Assembly: GCA_002898395.1 (NCBI GenBank)
Contig: BEHE01000023.1
Coordinates: 1 to 22,104 of the forward strand
Source: Candidatus Calditenuaceae archaeon HR02
GTDB taxonomy: Archaea; Thermoproteota; Nitrososphaeria_A; Caldarchaeales; Calditenuaceae
Direction: 5' to 3'
DNA length: 22,104 nt
A program made the translations under genes and the position numbers. The notes under the pieces are model-generated. The model worked only from the letters and a program-made list of their open reading frames with translations. It did no database searches and was not told the DNA's origin. Below, one piece after another: positions 1-9,322 of the stretch; position 1 is the stretch's first letter, and every line of letters begins with the position of its first letter.

Positions 1-2
1 CA

Positions 3-80
3 AGAGACGAGGAAAAACTACTCAAAAGAATCTGGAGAATCGCTAAGGAACCCCAAGAGAGGCTGCGGGTGCCGGCCTAG
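3..80 (+). CDS. 3' end of a CDS truncated by the window edge; possibly the C-terminus of an IS110-family/Nop-domain recombinase
   Basis: Hand translation RDEEKLLKRIWRIAKEPQERLRVPA* (TAG at 78-80). KLLKRIW resembles the terminal helix of IS110 transposases (RKLxRxxW-like). Only 25 aa are visible, so the family call is tentative. Confidence 0.4.
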   Translation, partial: RDEEKLLKRIWRIAKEPQERLRVPA

Positions 81-205
81 ACAACAGAGAAAAACCCCAG
101 AGGCCGGCACCCTCAAATATATAGTGGGGTAGCAATAATCACTACTCCACCCTTTCCAATATAGTGTCTGCCTCTTTGGGGTTCTTAGATGTTGTCTGGG
201 CTGGT
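71..205 (+). ncRNA. Structured RNA: long rod hairpin with a symmetric 13x13 internal loop (candidate bridge/seek-type guide RNA)
   Basis: Hand-derived pairing: 71-86/190-205, 90-110/164-186 (few mismatches, 2-nt bulge) and 124-132/142-150, with G-U wobbles. The loop strands 111-123 and 151-163 both read CC-N9-TA. A pyrimidine tract follows at about 222-243. Confidence 0.55.
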
Positions 206-310
206 GCCTACAGCCACACCATCCCCCCTTTCTTCCTTTCTTCAAGCTTATTTGTTATCTTCATGGTTTAATTCAACCATATTGGAGAGGGGATAGGATG
301 TATGTGAAGG

Positions 311-448
311 TTGGCTGAAAGTCGGTACGCCTGGCATGCCCTCGAGACTTCTGAGTGTCTGAGGCTTCTGGGCTCGAATCTTGACACCGGTCTGAGTGGA
401 GATGAAGCGGCTGAGCGGCTTAAGACCCTTGGCCCAAACGTGATTTAA
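311..448 (+). pseudogene. Remnant of the N-terminus of a cation-transporting P-type ATPase
   Basis: Hand translation from TTG: AESRYAWHALETSECLRLLGSNLDTGLSGDEAAERLKTLGPNVI*. This fits the Cation_ATPase_N pattern WH...GLS..EA..RL...GPN, but stops after 45 codons. Confidence 0.8.
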
Positions 449-490
449 AGGAGCAACTTTTATCTAACACAACGCACCCTTAGATGTGGG

Positions 491-955
491 TTGTCCTCAC
501 TAAGTATTGAGGAAAAAGGTTTCTGGCAGGATATTGTCAGCACTATTGCGTTCTTCTCCCCTGCCGTCAATTCTCTTCAGAGAGAGTTCGGTATCAGTTC
601 GAAGGATTTGTTGAGGAAGCTGGGGGAGGAGATGGGCCGTCGGGTCTCTGAGTCCATGCCCCTAGCCAATCTGCAGGACGTACTCAACCATCTTTCAGAG
701 GTCTGGCAAAGGCGGGTATTGGGGAGGCTCGGGATTGTAAGCCGCGATCCTTTAACAATCATAATATCTGACTGTAGTATCTGTGGCCAGTTGCCGGGAC
801 TTGGTAGTGTGTTCGAGTGTAGTTTCCATGAGGGCTTCTTCAAAGGCCTGCTCAGCCACAGGCTTAAGAGAGAGGTTAAGGTGTGGCAGGAAGTTGGGGT
901 TGCAGGCGAGTCGGGTACGTGGACGCGTATACTAAAGACTGACGCGAGCCTTTGA
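491..955 (+). CDS. V4R (4-vinyl reductase) domain ligand-binding protein
   Basis: 154-aa ORF with LG..MG, W....LG.L, CSIC and CSFHEGFFKGLL motifs typical of archaeal V4R proteins. TATA-like TTTTATCT lies about 30 bp upstream. Confidence 0.75.
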   Translation: MSSLSIEEKGFWQDIVSTIAFFSPAVNSLQREFGISSKDLLRKLGEEMGRRVSESMPLANLQDVLNHLSEVWQRRVLGRLGIVSRDPLTIIISDCSICGQLPGLGSVFECSFHEGFFKGLLSHRLKREVKVWQEVGVAGESGTWTRILKTDASL

Positions 956-1014
956 AGCGAGTGTAGACTCTCAGATAACTGTTGGGACAGTGATATCGTT
1001 AGCTACGTTCTAAG

Positions 1015-2517
1015 TTAAACGCCTCTATGGAACATCTCGATTACTACGTAGTTTGCGAGGAGCTCGGCTATCTCGGGTGGGACGGATGCTAGGAGCTGGA
1101 ATATCTGGCCCATCTCTTTGGGGAAGCCCCTCTCAAGCCCCAAGGCAGTAAGGATTTCTCCGCCGTGAACTTTGAGGAATCTCTCCGCCTCGGTGTATAG
1201 CTTTGCTAGCGATGCTATGTCCATCTCCGCTGGTGCAAGCAATCCGAAGACGCTGCTGAAGATGCTTAGAAGCGCCTCAGCCTCTGTTAGCGGCATATTC
1301 TTTACTGTTTCGGTGCATTCCTTTAGGTCTGAAATCATGGCTTCTGCTGTCTTATCGTGGATTGGAGTTATTGTGAGGTGGATGCTTGGCGGGATCTTCA
1401 TACTCTCAATTCCTTTTTGGGGTAGTAAGGCCCAGCCCCTCTTCGCCATCTCGTCTGAGAGTTTGAAGATGTTGAGCTCGGGTGATGTGAATGCCGCGAT
1501 GACCGTGGGCTCGCCCAGTACACTATAGCCCGCATCCTTAAACCCACCCACAATCTTCCTCCTAGCGGAAATTATTTTTCGCGCAAGTTCCATATAGCCG
1601 TCCTGCCCGAAAAAATGTAACGTAGCCCAGGCAGCTGCTAGCGGAGCCTCTGAGCGGGAGGACAAGACTGCCGGGTTGACGATGGGGTATCCCGGCCAGC
1701 GGAGATTCGCGAACTGTGAGAATATCTTAGAGAACTTATTTCTGAATAGGATGACCGAGGCTCCAATCGGGGTGTAGGCGTATTTATGAGGATCAAGTGA
1801 AATCGAAGAGACACCCTCAACCCTAAAGTCAAATTCAGGAACCTTGTCCCCCAGCTCCCTCATGAACGGCAAGACAAACCCGCCGACACATGCGTCCACA
1901 TGTAGCCACAAGCCTTTATCTGCCGCAATCTCTGCAAGGTCTTTTATCGGGTCTATTGTGCCGAAGGGCCAGTTGGGTGCAGACCCGACTATCATCGCGG
2001 TGTTATCTGTCAAAGCCTCGTTTATGGCGTTTGGATCGGCTGTGAAGGTGTTCTCGTCTATTTTTACACGCTTCACTCTCATACCCATATATTCGGCGGC
2101 CTTGTCGTAGCAGGGATGGCCAGTTACAGGTATAACGATCTCTGGCATCGTTAAGAACCCTTTCTTCAAAATGAAGCTGTCGCGAGCCGACTTGACCGCG
2201 AGGAAAACACTCTCTGTCCCGCCGAAAGTGAAGGTCCCGGCTACCTGATCGTCACCATGCATTAGAAAGACCGCATAGTCGATAATGTCCTTCTCCATCT
2301 TTATCGAGCTTGGAAACTCGGTGAAGTCGAGCATGTTTTTAAAAGCAAACCTCTTAAACACCTCGAAGACAATCTCTCTCAGCTCCTCAACACCAGGCTC
2401 AAAGGCGATTGTGAAGAGCCTCCCACCATAAGGGTCTAGATCATTCCTCTCATACTCCCTCAGTTTCTCCAGAATTTCATCTCTGCTTAACCCCTTTTTT
2501 CCCAAGACAGGCCCCAT
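1015..2517 (-). CDS. Group II PLP-dependent decarboxylase/lyase, sphingosine-1-phosphate lyase-like
   Basis: Motifs GGTES, GSAPNWPFGTIDPI, LHVDACVGGF, FDFRVEGVSSISLDPHKY (PLP lysine). Confidence 0.85.
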   Translation of the reverse strand: MGPVLGKKGLSRDEILEKLREYERNDLDPYGGRLFTIAFEPGVEELREIVFEVFKRFAFKNMLDFTEFPSSIKMEKDIIDYAVFLMHGDDQVAGTFTFGGTESVFLAVKSARDSFILKKGFLTMPEIVIPVTGHPCYDKAAEYMGMRVKRVKIDENTFTADPNAINEALTDNTAMIVGSAPNWPFGTIDPIKDLAEIAADKGLWLHVDACVGGFVLPFMRELGDKVPEFDFRVEGVSSISLDPHKYAYTPIGASVILFRNKFSKIFSQFANLRWPGYPIVNPAVLSSRSEAPLAAAWATLHFFGQDGYMELARKIISARRKIVGGFKDAGYSVLGEPTVIAAFTSPELNIFKLSDEMAKRGWALLPQKGIESMKIPPSIHLTITPIHDKTAEAMISDLKECTETVKNMPLTEAEALLSIFSSVFGLLAPAEMDIASLAKLYTEAERFLKVHGGEILTALGLERGFPKEMGQIFQLLASVPPEIAELLANYVVIEMFHRGV

Positions 2518-3004
2518 AACGTCTCACAAATAGCGGTTGCAAAAGCTTAGATAAGGCTTTATGGGGGGTGAAAAACCGGCTGTGACAGACACACCATAAC
2601 CAAGAGAAGACTATAGATGCGTGAGGGGTGGGGCTAAACCCAGCTGAGAGGATTGATATGCCTAGGACAATTGGCAATTTGCCGCCGGTCAGACATCAAC
2701 TTTCTTATCGCAAACACGTTATAATGGTCTGTTCTAATGCTTAATTTATTAGGTTGTGTATAGATGATGTATTTCTAATAAATGCCGTGATAAGCGTTGC
2801 GTAATTGAAGGGGCTAGGGCTAACGCTTGAAAAGCCTGTTGGCATAGGCTTTACCGTAGGCCAGTTTGGTAAAGGAATAGAGCACCGAGCAACAAACATG
2901 TCTTCATCCGTCCTATTCATAGTCCAAGAAGAATTTGTAGGGAAGGCTGAAGAGGTTTTGACTTCTATGGAGCAGTTTCAGAGTACGGCACACTTGCTTG
3001 GTAT

Positions 3005-3521
3005 GTGGTTGTAGTAGGTGTTCTAGCTCATCTCGCTAGAAGAAGGGCCTGGAAAGCTGTTAGACACAGCGAGACAGTCATCATTGAAAGACATATCAGA
3101 GAGGCCAGAATAGCCCATTGGATAAGGGTCGTTGCATTGACAGTTATGATTATTATCGTCAAAAACTTTCTAGGATTAACGAGAGAATATCCACCTCACG
3201 CAGTCTACGACTACAAAACAAAAACATACTACATGGGAAGAAAAATATTGTTCACTGCAGAAGCTCCTAGTATGGTTCTACTTCATATCGCTAGCATTTT
3301 TTGGGCTGACAGGCTTTGCCATGGCCTGCCCAAGCATCTTCCCATTGGTTTTCACACTCCTCTGCGGGGGACTTAACGTAAGAGCCCTACACTTACTCGT
3401 CTTCTACCTATTCACCGGAGTCTTCTTCGCCCATACCTACCTCTCACTCATACCAGAAAACTGGAACAGACTAAAAGCCATTATCACCGGGTCTTGCAAA
3501 ATCCCGGTAATTAACCAATGA
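3005..3521 (+). pseudogene. Degraded b-type cytochrome membrane subunit (HyaC/FdnI/PhsC family)
   Basis: ERH...RIAHW in one frame; LTGFAM...RALH...FFAHTY...LKAIITG in another. The frameshift maps to the T6 run at 3297-3302. The second heme-His helix appears deleted. Confidence 0.7.
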
Positions 3522-4712
3522 TTCGCTCAACATGCATTACAGGATAAGCCTCAAACAAAAGATGAGCCAGATTAATGAAGGGTGGTTGATGCTTGGTGAC
3601 CTTGTTAGGGAGATGATTAACAGTTTTCTACCAGATCTCCTGAAATGGTTAGAAGTTATGAGACCTAGAATCCCAATAAAACTGATCAAAATCTACTCAA
3701 CTTTGACATATTCTTACACTACTTAGCTAGTAAAGAGTTTGGGAAGAGGTGGTTGTTGAAGAGCTGGTTCAGCTCCGCTAGGTGATATGAGGTTCCCCTA
3801 CGTCTCTGGTCTTCATGTATGCGAGCGACCTTTCTCAAATTCTCGGCCAGCTTCTTCACCTCCTCCACAATCTTCTTGAAACCCTAGTGTCGGCTACTAC
3901 GACTAGCTTCTGAACTGTAGGATTATTATTAGCTCGCTGTAGGGCCGCACAGCAATAGGTTCAGCTTAGTTAGGCACCGGTTGTTAAAAGACAGGAGATA
4001 CCAGTTAGACGACTGTCCCCCATCGCTAGGAAAAGCTACACGATGAGCTACCCAGGCCCATGAAGACTTACATGAAGCCGGTAATGAAGCTGTTTAGATA
4101 CGTCCTAAAGCTCCTCGCAGTGGCACATATAAACTGTAGATGGTTTTCTCAAAAACAAACGTATTATAATGGTGCAAGAAGCTATCTCTGATCTTCAATT
4201 CACCCCCCTGCCCACCTAGAATCTTCGAATTAGTACACGTAGAAGACACATTGAAGAGCCTGAAATTTATAAGGCCTTTAATATAGGCATCTGCATGATT
4301 CTCTACGTGCTATGTGCTCACGTCCAAGAGGATGTCAAGAAGAAAACATATGGACTTCCCATCGTCAATTGTGTAGAGAGTCAAGCACGCTAAGGGGCAT
4401 ACATATTGAAAGAGGGACGGATCAATGGGACTCGCTGTCTTGATAAAAAAGAAGTCACAATCATGAATGCCTGCATAAGACGAGGTGGTAAGGGAAAGGC
4501 TTATTACGACTTAGACTTCGAAAGTGTACGATTAAGTATCCAAGGCCAGCAAGAACGAGACCGTAGGATACATAACGTGGGCTAGACTCTTCAAGAATAC
4601 GGTAATAGTTGCATGCATCTTCACTGAAAACCCTGAAAAGAAAAAACGACTACTAAACAGAAGATGAAGACTCTCTTATGAGTTGGTAGTAGAGAACGTT
4701 AAAGTATTGGGG

Positions 4713-5594
4713 TTATGCCTTAACAGCTCCAAGTGTTAGTGCTCTGATCAAATATTTCTCAAAGGTAATGGCTAAGATTAGTGGCGGAATGATTGAGATC
4801 GTGACATATACAGCCAGGTTCCACCATTCCATCTGCTGGAAAGCTAGTGTAGATGCGACAAGTACCGGAATAGTGTATGCTTTGTCGTAACTGAGTGCTA
4901 CCATGAACATTAGTTCGTTCCAAGAGAAGATGAAACATAGTGCGTAGACAGCAGCCATACCCGGTAAAGCCATTGGTGCAGCTATCCTGAAGAATGTCTG
5001 TAAAGGTGAGCATCCATCTACTTGGGATGCTTCCTCGACTTCTACTGGTATGCTTCTAAAGAAGTCCAGCATTAGCCAGGTAGCAAGCGGCAAATTAAAG
5101 ACTACGTGTGCCAGAATAATTGCAAATACGGTGTCTATCAGGTTAACGGCCCTCATAAACAGGAAGAATGGGATGAGAACCGCGACTGGGGGTAGCATTC
5201 TTTGGGACAGTATCCATGTAGCAATATCCTTGTTCTTCCACCTTTTGAATTGAAACCTTGCTAAACCATAACCCGCTAAGGAACCCAAGAGGAGAGCTAA
5301 AAGGGCACTCAGAGATGCTACAGTTATACCATTAATTAAAGCTCTATGAAAATTCTCATTAGATAATATATTTAGCCAATTCTCCGATGTAGGTGTAAAT
5401 TGGTAGAAAGGTATTATGTCCAGCTTGTAAATATCAGCTCTCGATTTTATTGAAACTATAATCATCCAAAAAAGAGAAAAAAGAGAAAAAACGGTGTAGA
5501 TTCCTAAGAATAGCCATGTAAGGGTTTTATTGATGTAACTGGAGAGTTTTGTATTAGATTTTCTCTTCTTTACCAAGTCCTCCGTAACCTCCAT
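4713..5594 (-). CDS. Carbohydrate ABC transporter permease (MalG-like)
   Basis: Hydrophobic helices, EAA loop (IPVEVEEASQVDGCS), SWNE, C-terminal LTLGAVK. Confidence 0.92.
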   Translation of the reverse strand: MEVTEDLVKKRKSNTKLSSYINKTLTWLFLGIYTVFSLFSLFWMIIVSIKSRADIYKLDIIPFYQFTPTSENWLNILSNENFHRALINGITVASLSALLALLLGSLAGYGLARFQFKRWKNKDIATWILSQRMLPPVAVLIPFFLFMRAVNLIDTVFAIILAHVVFNLPLATWLMLDFFRSIPVEVEEASQVDGCSPLQTFFRIAAPMALPGMAAVYALCFIFSWNELMFMVALSYDKAYTIPVLVASTLAFQQMEWWNLAVYVTISIIPPLILAITFEKYLIRALTLGAVKA

Positions 5595-6434
5595 AATATT
5601 ATTGTGGAAAGACCAAGCATTATAATCAATAGAATATACGAGGCTGAGGACGCGTATCCTAGGTCGAAGTAGACCCTACCCAGTAAATAAATATAGTATG
5701 ATGCAGACTCTGTAGTTGTTCCCGGTCCACCTCCCGTAACTCCATACACGTAATCGAATAGCTTGAAGGCATCAATACACCTTATTAGAACTATCGTTAT
5801 AATTACTGGGCTTATTAGGGGTAGGACTACATGTCGTATTACCCCCCATCTAGTTGCCCCGTCGATTAATGCAGCTTCTTGAGGCTCTGCAGGTATCGCA
5901 CTGATAGCTGCAAGCAATGCTAAAAACATGAACGGTGTCCACTGCCAGATATCTATCATTATGAGTCCTAACCTTGCTGTCCAAGGGTCAGTGAACCACC
6001 GTATTTTACCGATGTTAAGTAATGATAATGCTGCATTAACAAGCCCCACATCTTCTTGTAACAACATCCTCCACATGAAAGCTGTACCTATGGGAGGTAC
6101 TGCTAGTGGAATTAAAAAAAAAGATGCGCATTACCCTAGCTCCCCTAGTCTTTGAGTGTAAGATAAGGGCTAGGGCGAGTCCTAGCGCCAGCTCTACAAG
6201 CGTGGCGATAGACACGTATAACGCAGTAAATGATAAGGCATTTCCGAACCTTTTATCGTTCATTAATAAACGCTCGAAATTTTGTATACCGACGAACTGT
6301 GGCTCACTGGCGCGGGTTAGTTTCCAGTCTGTAAACGCTAGGCTTAAACTCCAGACGAGAGGAAAGATAGTTATAACTAATATGTATGTGACCGCAGGTA
6401 GGACGAAAATCCACTTAACCTTCGGTTCCCTCAT
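5570..6434 (-). pseudogene. Carbohydrate ABC transporter permease (MalF-like), split by a +1 frameshift in an A9/T9 run
   Basis: ORFs 6036-6434 and 5570-6076 join as ...MRIFFLIPLAVPPIGTAFMWRMLL... if one T is removed at 6114-6122. EAA loop EAALIDGA and GGPG are present. May be an assembly error. Confidence 0.85.
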
Positions 6435-6460
6435 GAGTTAAAGCAAAGAAAAATCTACGT

Positions 6461-8113
6461 TTAAACTTTTATACCCAGTGATTCAATGTAAAGCCTCTTT
6501 TGCCTTTCCCTCCCTAGAGAGTCTGTAACTTGCTCCCATTCCTCGTAGACAGCTCGCATGGCCTCTTCTGGGGTTTCTGCACCAATGAATGCATTAGCTA
6601 GGTGGGCATCAAGTTTGTCGTAGTATTCATCTCTTCCAGGTATCTTCAGGTCAATGAGGTGTAGTGGGTTGCTTAGGATCCGTTCTATAACGGAAAGGTA
6701 TTCCCTAGCCGAGTCTTCGCCAAAGCCTACCGCTACCCATTTCTCTAGGTCGAAGTGACTGTATCGATATGGGTTGCTGCCCCAACATCCAATGGTGCCG
6801 GTTGCATCAAGGATGCTCTGCGCCGGGTCATTAAGAAATCTGAGAAGGTGGAAGGCGGCCTCCTTCTTCTTAGAATATGTTGATATACCCATAACCCAGC
6901 CTCCGAAGTCACCATAGTCGTTCTGGTTATATTTGTTTATCCAGCGGCCATGTTGCCTGTCCCAAACTCTAGTTGCCCCTGGAAGAGGCGCATATCCTAG
7001 CTTTCCCTTTACTACTGAGCCAGGATCCATCCACTCCATGATACCTACGTCTCCCCAGTCTATCCCTAATACGGCCACTCCTCCTTTCACATATGCGTCT
7101 CTGAACTCAGCAAAACCATACCCTAAGAGTCCTGGAGGCGCATAGTTTTTGAGCTCCAAAAGCATCTCTAGTGCGGCGATAGCTCCAGGCGTATTCATTA
7201 GTGGCTCCATAGTTACTGGGTCAAAGAACATGTGTCCTGCATATCTGGAGGGCTTTCCCGGAATCACGTTATACTGCGCTATGAGGTCGAGTATAGTCCA
7301 CTGAGCCTGTGTTCCCCTCTTTGCTATAAATGCAATGCCATATTTCGTCTCACCGGGTCTTTCCTTATCCCAGTCCCAACCATTAAAGAATTTTGCCACA
7401 TCCCTGACCTCCTCCCAGGTCTTAGGTGGAACGGGTAATGGATACCCATACTCGTTCTTGAATCGGCGCTGGTATTCGGGATCTGTTAATACATCCTTCC
7501 GATAATATAGTATGTGGCAGTCACCATCGTAGGGAACAGCATACAAGTGTCCTGCCCACTCAGCTACTTTTCTACATGCGGGGAGAATATCTTCAAGTGC
7601 GGGGAATCCGTAACGCTGGATCCAGGGATCCAAGTTTTCAAGATGCCCACCGCCCGCATAGTCACCCATCAATCCGCCGGGGAATATTAGAATATCGTAT
7701 GTGCCAGCCTTCGCTAGAAAGTCATCCATCGCCTTAGGACGTAGCTCTGCGTATGGAAATTCGATCATTCTTATTTTACCACCCGTCATCTCTTCCCACT
7801 TGACGCGGTGATGCTTCACGGGGCACATGTTCCACGGCTGTGTCATTACAGCGACTTCAACACCATCGAACCTTTCGGGTAAGCCTACCGGCGGTGTTGC
7901 GGTCCCTGTAACCGTGACTGTCTGTGTGGTCACGATGGGCTGTGTTATTGTCTGCGCTCTAGTGACTGTTTGAGTTATAGTAGTAGCTGGAGCAGCTTCA
8001 GGGGTTCTCGCAAGCCATCCCACCACAGAACCTACTGCCAAACCTCCGATCGCGCCGGCGACTGTACCAAGCATTGCTCGCCGGGAAACCTTACTGTTAC
8101 TCGCTCCAGCCAA
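6461..8113 (-). CDS. Sugar-family ABC substrate-binding protein with Tat signal
   Basis: N-terminal SRRAML plus hydrophobic helix, Thr-rich linker, and SBP motifs YD....., LYYRKD, GGWVMGI. Confidence 0.9.
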   Translation of the reverse strand: MAGASNSKVSRRAMLGTVAGAIGGLAVGSVVGWLARTPEAAPATTITQTVTRAQTITQPIVTTQTVTVTGTATPPVGLPERFDGVEVAVMTQPWNMCPVKHHRVKWEEMTGGKIRMIEFPYAELRPKAMDDFLAKAGTYDILIFPGGLMGDYAGGGHLENLDPWIQRYGFPALEDILPACRKVAEWAGHLYAVPYDGDCHILYYRKDVLTDPEYQRRFKNEYGYPLPVPPKTWEEVRDVAKFFNGWDWDKERPGETKYGIAFIAKRGTQAQWTILDLIAQYNVIPGKPSRYAGHMFFDPVTMEPLMNTPGAIAALEMLLELKNYAPPGLLGYGFAEFRDAYVKGGVAVLGIDWGDVGIMEWMDPGSVVKGKLGYAPLPGATRVWDRQHGRWINKYNQNDYGDFGGWVMGISTYSKKKEAAFHLLRFLNDPAQSILDATGTIGCWGSNPYRYSHFDLEKWVAVGFGEDSAREYLSVIERILSNPLHLIDLKIPGRDEYYDKLDAHLANAFIGAETPEEAMRAVYEEWEQVTDSLGRERQKRLYIESLGIKV

Positions 8114-8181
8114 TGCAGTTAGATTTGTTATACACCCGCCTATAAGTTTTTATGCATTAACCGGAAAGCTTTAATTACTAT

Positions 8182-9315
8182 GTGTTAGGCATACCTATCG
8201 TGGTTTTGGAGTCTAGAGCTGCAATAATCCGTAGATATGGTTCTCCCTTAGTTGTTGAGGATGTTGAATTGATAGATCCTGATGCTGATGAGGTGGTTGT
8301 AAAGATTGAGGCGAGTGGGGTTTGCCACAGTGACCTCTCATTGGCGAGAGGTTACTATCCAGATATCCCGATTCCTATCGTTCCGGGGCATGAGGGGGCG
8401 GGGGTGGTCGTCGATGTTGGAGAAAAGGTCGAGACGGTGAAAAAAGGAGACAGAGTCTTCACCATCTGGATGCCTTCATGCTATAACTGCGAGTACTGCC
8501 TCTCAGGACGCTTCCATCTATGCCAAAATGCGTTAAAGGCAATTATTGGTGCAACTCTTCCAAGCGGAAAGCTCAAGGTACGGGACAAGCAAGGCGGGCT
8601 CATCCACCACTTTACCTCAACAGCTGCCTTATCATCATACATGGTGCTCCACGAGAAGAACCTACAGAAGCTTACCGTAGATATTCCATTAGACAAGGTA
8701 GCCATACTCGGATGTGCTGTCCTGACCGGGGTTGGAGCAGTGTTGAATACGGCTAAAGTGAGGGAGGGGAGTAGCGTCGCTGTAATAGGATTAGGCGGTG
8801 TGGGGATGAATATAGTTCAAGGTGCTAGGCTTGCAGGTGCAGAGAAGATAATTGCGATTGATTTATATGACTCGAAGCTAGAGTGGGCCGCCAAGTTTGG
8901 GGCCACCCACTTTATTAACGCGTCGAAAGAAGATCCTGTAGAAGCTGTCCGAAAGATTACAGGGGATGGAGTAGACTATTCTTTTGAGGCCGCCGGTAGC
9001 GTTAAGGCAATGGAGTTGGCCTACAGATTGGCGCGGAGGGGCGGGATAATTACCATTGTCGGTGTTGAACGTGGTGGTGTAGAAATTAGAATTCCAGCTC
9101 TAGACCTCCACATGAATGAAAAGACGATTAAAGGGTGTTACTACGGTTCTTCAAGCCCCAGGCTTGATTCCTTGAAATACTTGAGGCTCTACAAGGCGGG
9201 GAAACTGCTCCTCGACGAACTGGTCACCAAAACTTACAGGTTGGAGGAGATTAACGAAGTGTTCAAGGATATGGAGGAGGGAAGGATCATCAGGGGAGTC
9301 GTCACTCCTTCATGA
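8182..9315 (+). CDS. Zn-dependent alcohol dehydrogenase (class III-like MDR); true start possibly 8200 or 8206
   Basis: GVCHSD, GHEGAG, structural Zn site C-x2-C-x2-C-x7-C, LGCAVLTG, GLGGVG. Confidence 0.92.
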   Translation: MLGIPIVVLESRAAIIRRYGSPLVVEDVELIDPDADEVVVKIEASGVCHSDLSLARGYYPDIPIPIVPGHEGAGVVVDVGEKVETVKKGDRVFTIWMPSCYNCEYCLSGRFHLCQNALKAIIGATLPSGKLKVRDKQGGLIHHFTSTAALSSYMVLHEKNLQKLTVDIPLDKVAILGCAVLTGVGAVLNTAKVREGSSVAVIGLGGVGMNIVQGARLAGAEKIIAIDLYDSKLEWAAKFGATHFINASKEDPVEAVRKITGDGVDYSFEAAGSVKAMELAYRLARRGGIITIVGVERGGVEIRIPALDLHMNEKTIKGCYYGSSSPRLDSLKYLRLYKAGKLLLDELVTKTYRLEEINEVFKDMEEGRIIRGVVTPS

Positions 9316-9322
9316 GACACAG

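Larger units (their letters stand above)
1..281 (+). mobile_element. Putative right end of an IS110/IS1111-like element; predicted junction core TA at 280-281
   Basis: CDS end, downstream structured non-coding region, and a match of the loop strands to 273-291. A near-palindrome ATGGTT-N6-AACCAT lies at 263-280. Inference only. Confidence 0.4.

Noticed and set aside
108-166. Direct repeat CACCCT-N5-ATATAGTG as a CRISPR or TIGR array
   Set aside because: Only two units and no array; treated as the two strands of one internal loop.
18-245. 75-aa minus-strand ORF
   Set aside because: No recognisable motif; better explained by the plus-strand CDS end and the RNA structure.
3820-3885. Chemoreceptor-like EEVKKLAE fragment
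   Set aside because: Too short, and it lacks the flanking conserved signalling-domain motif.
7900-7990. Repetitive Thr/Val/Gln-coding stretch
   Set aside because: Ordinary low-complexity linker of an archaeal binding protein, not a DNA repeat element.
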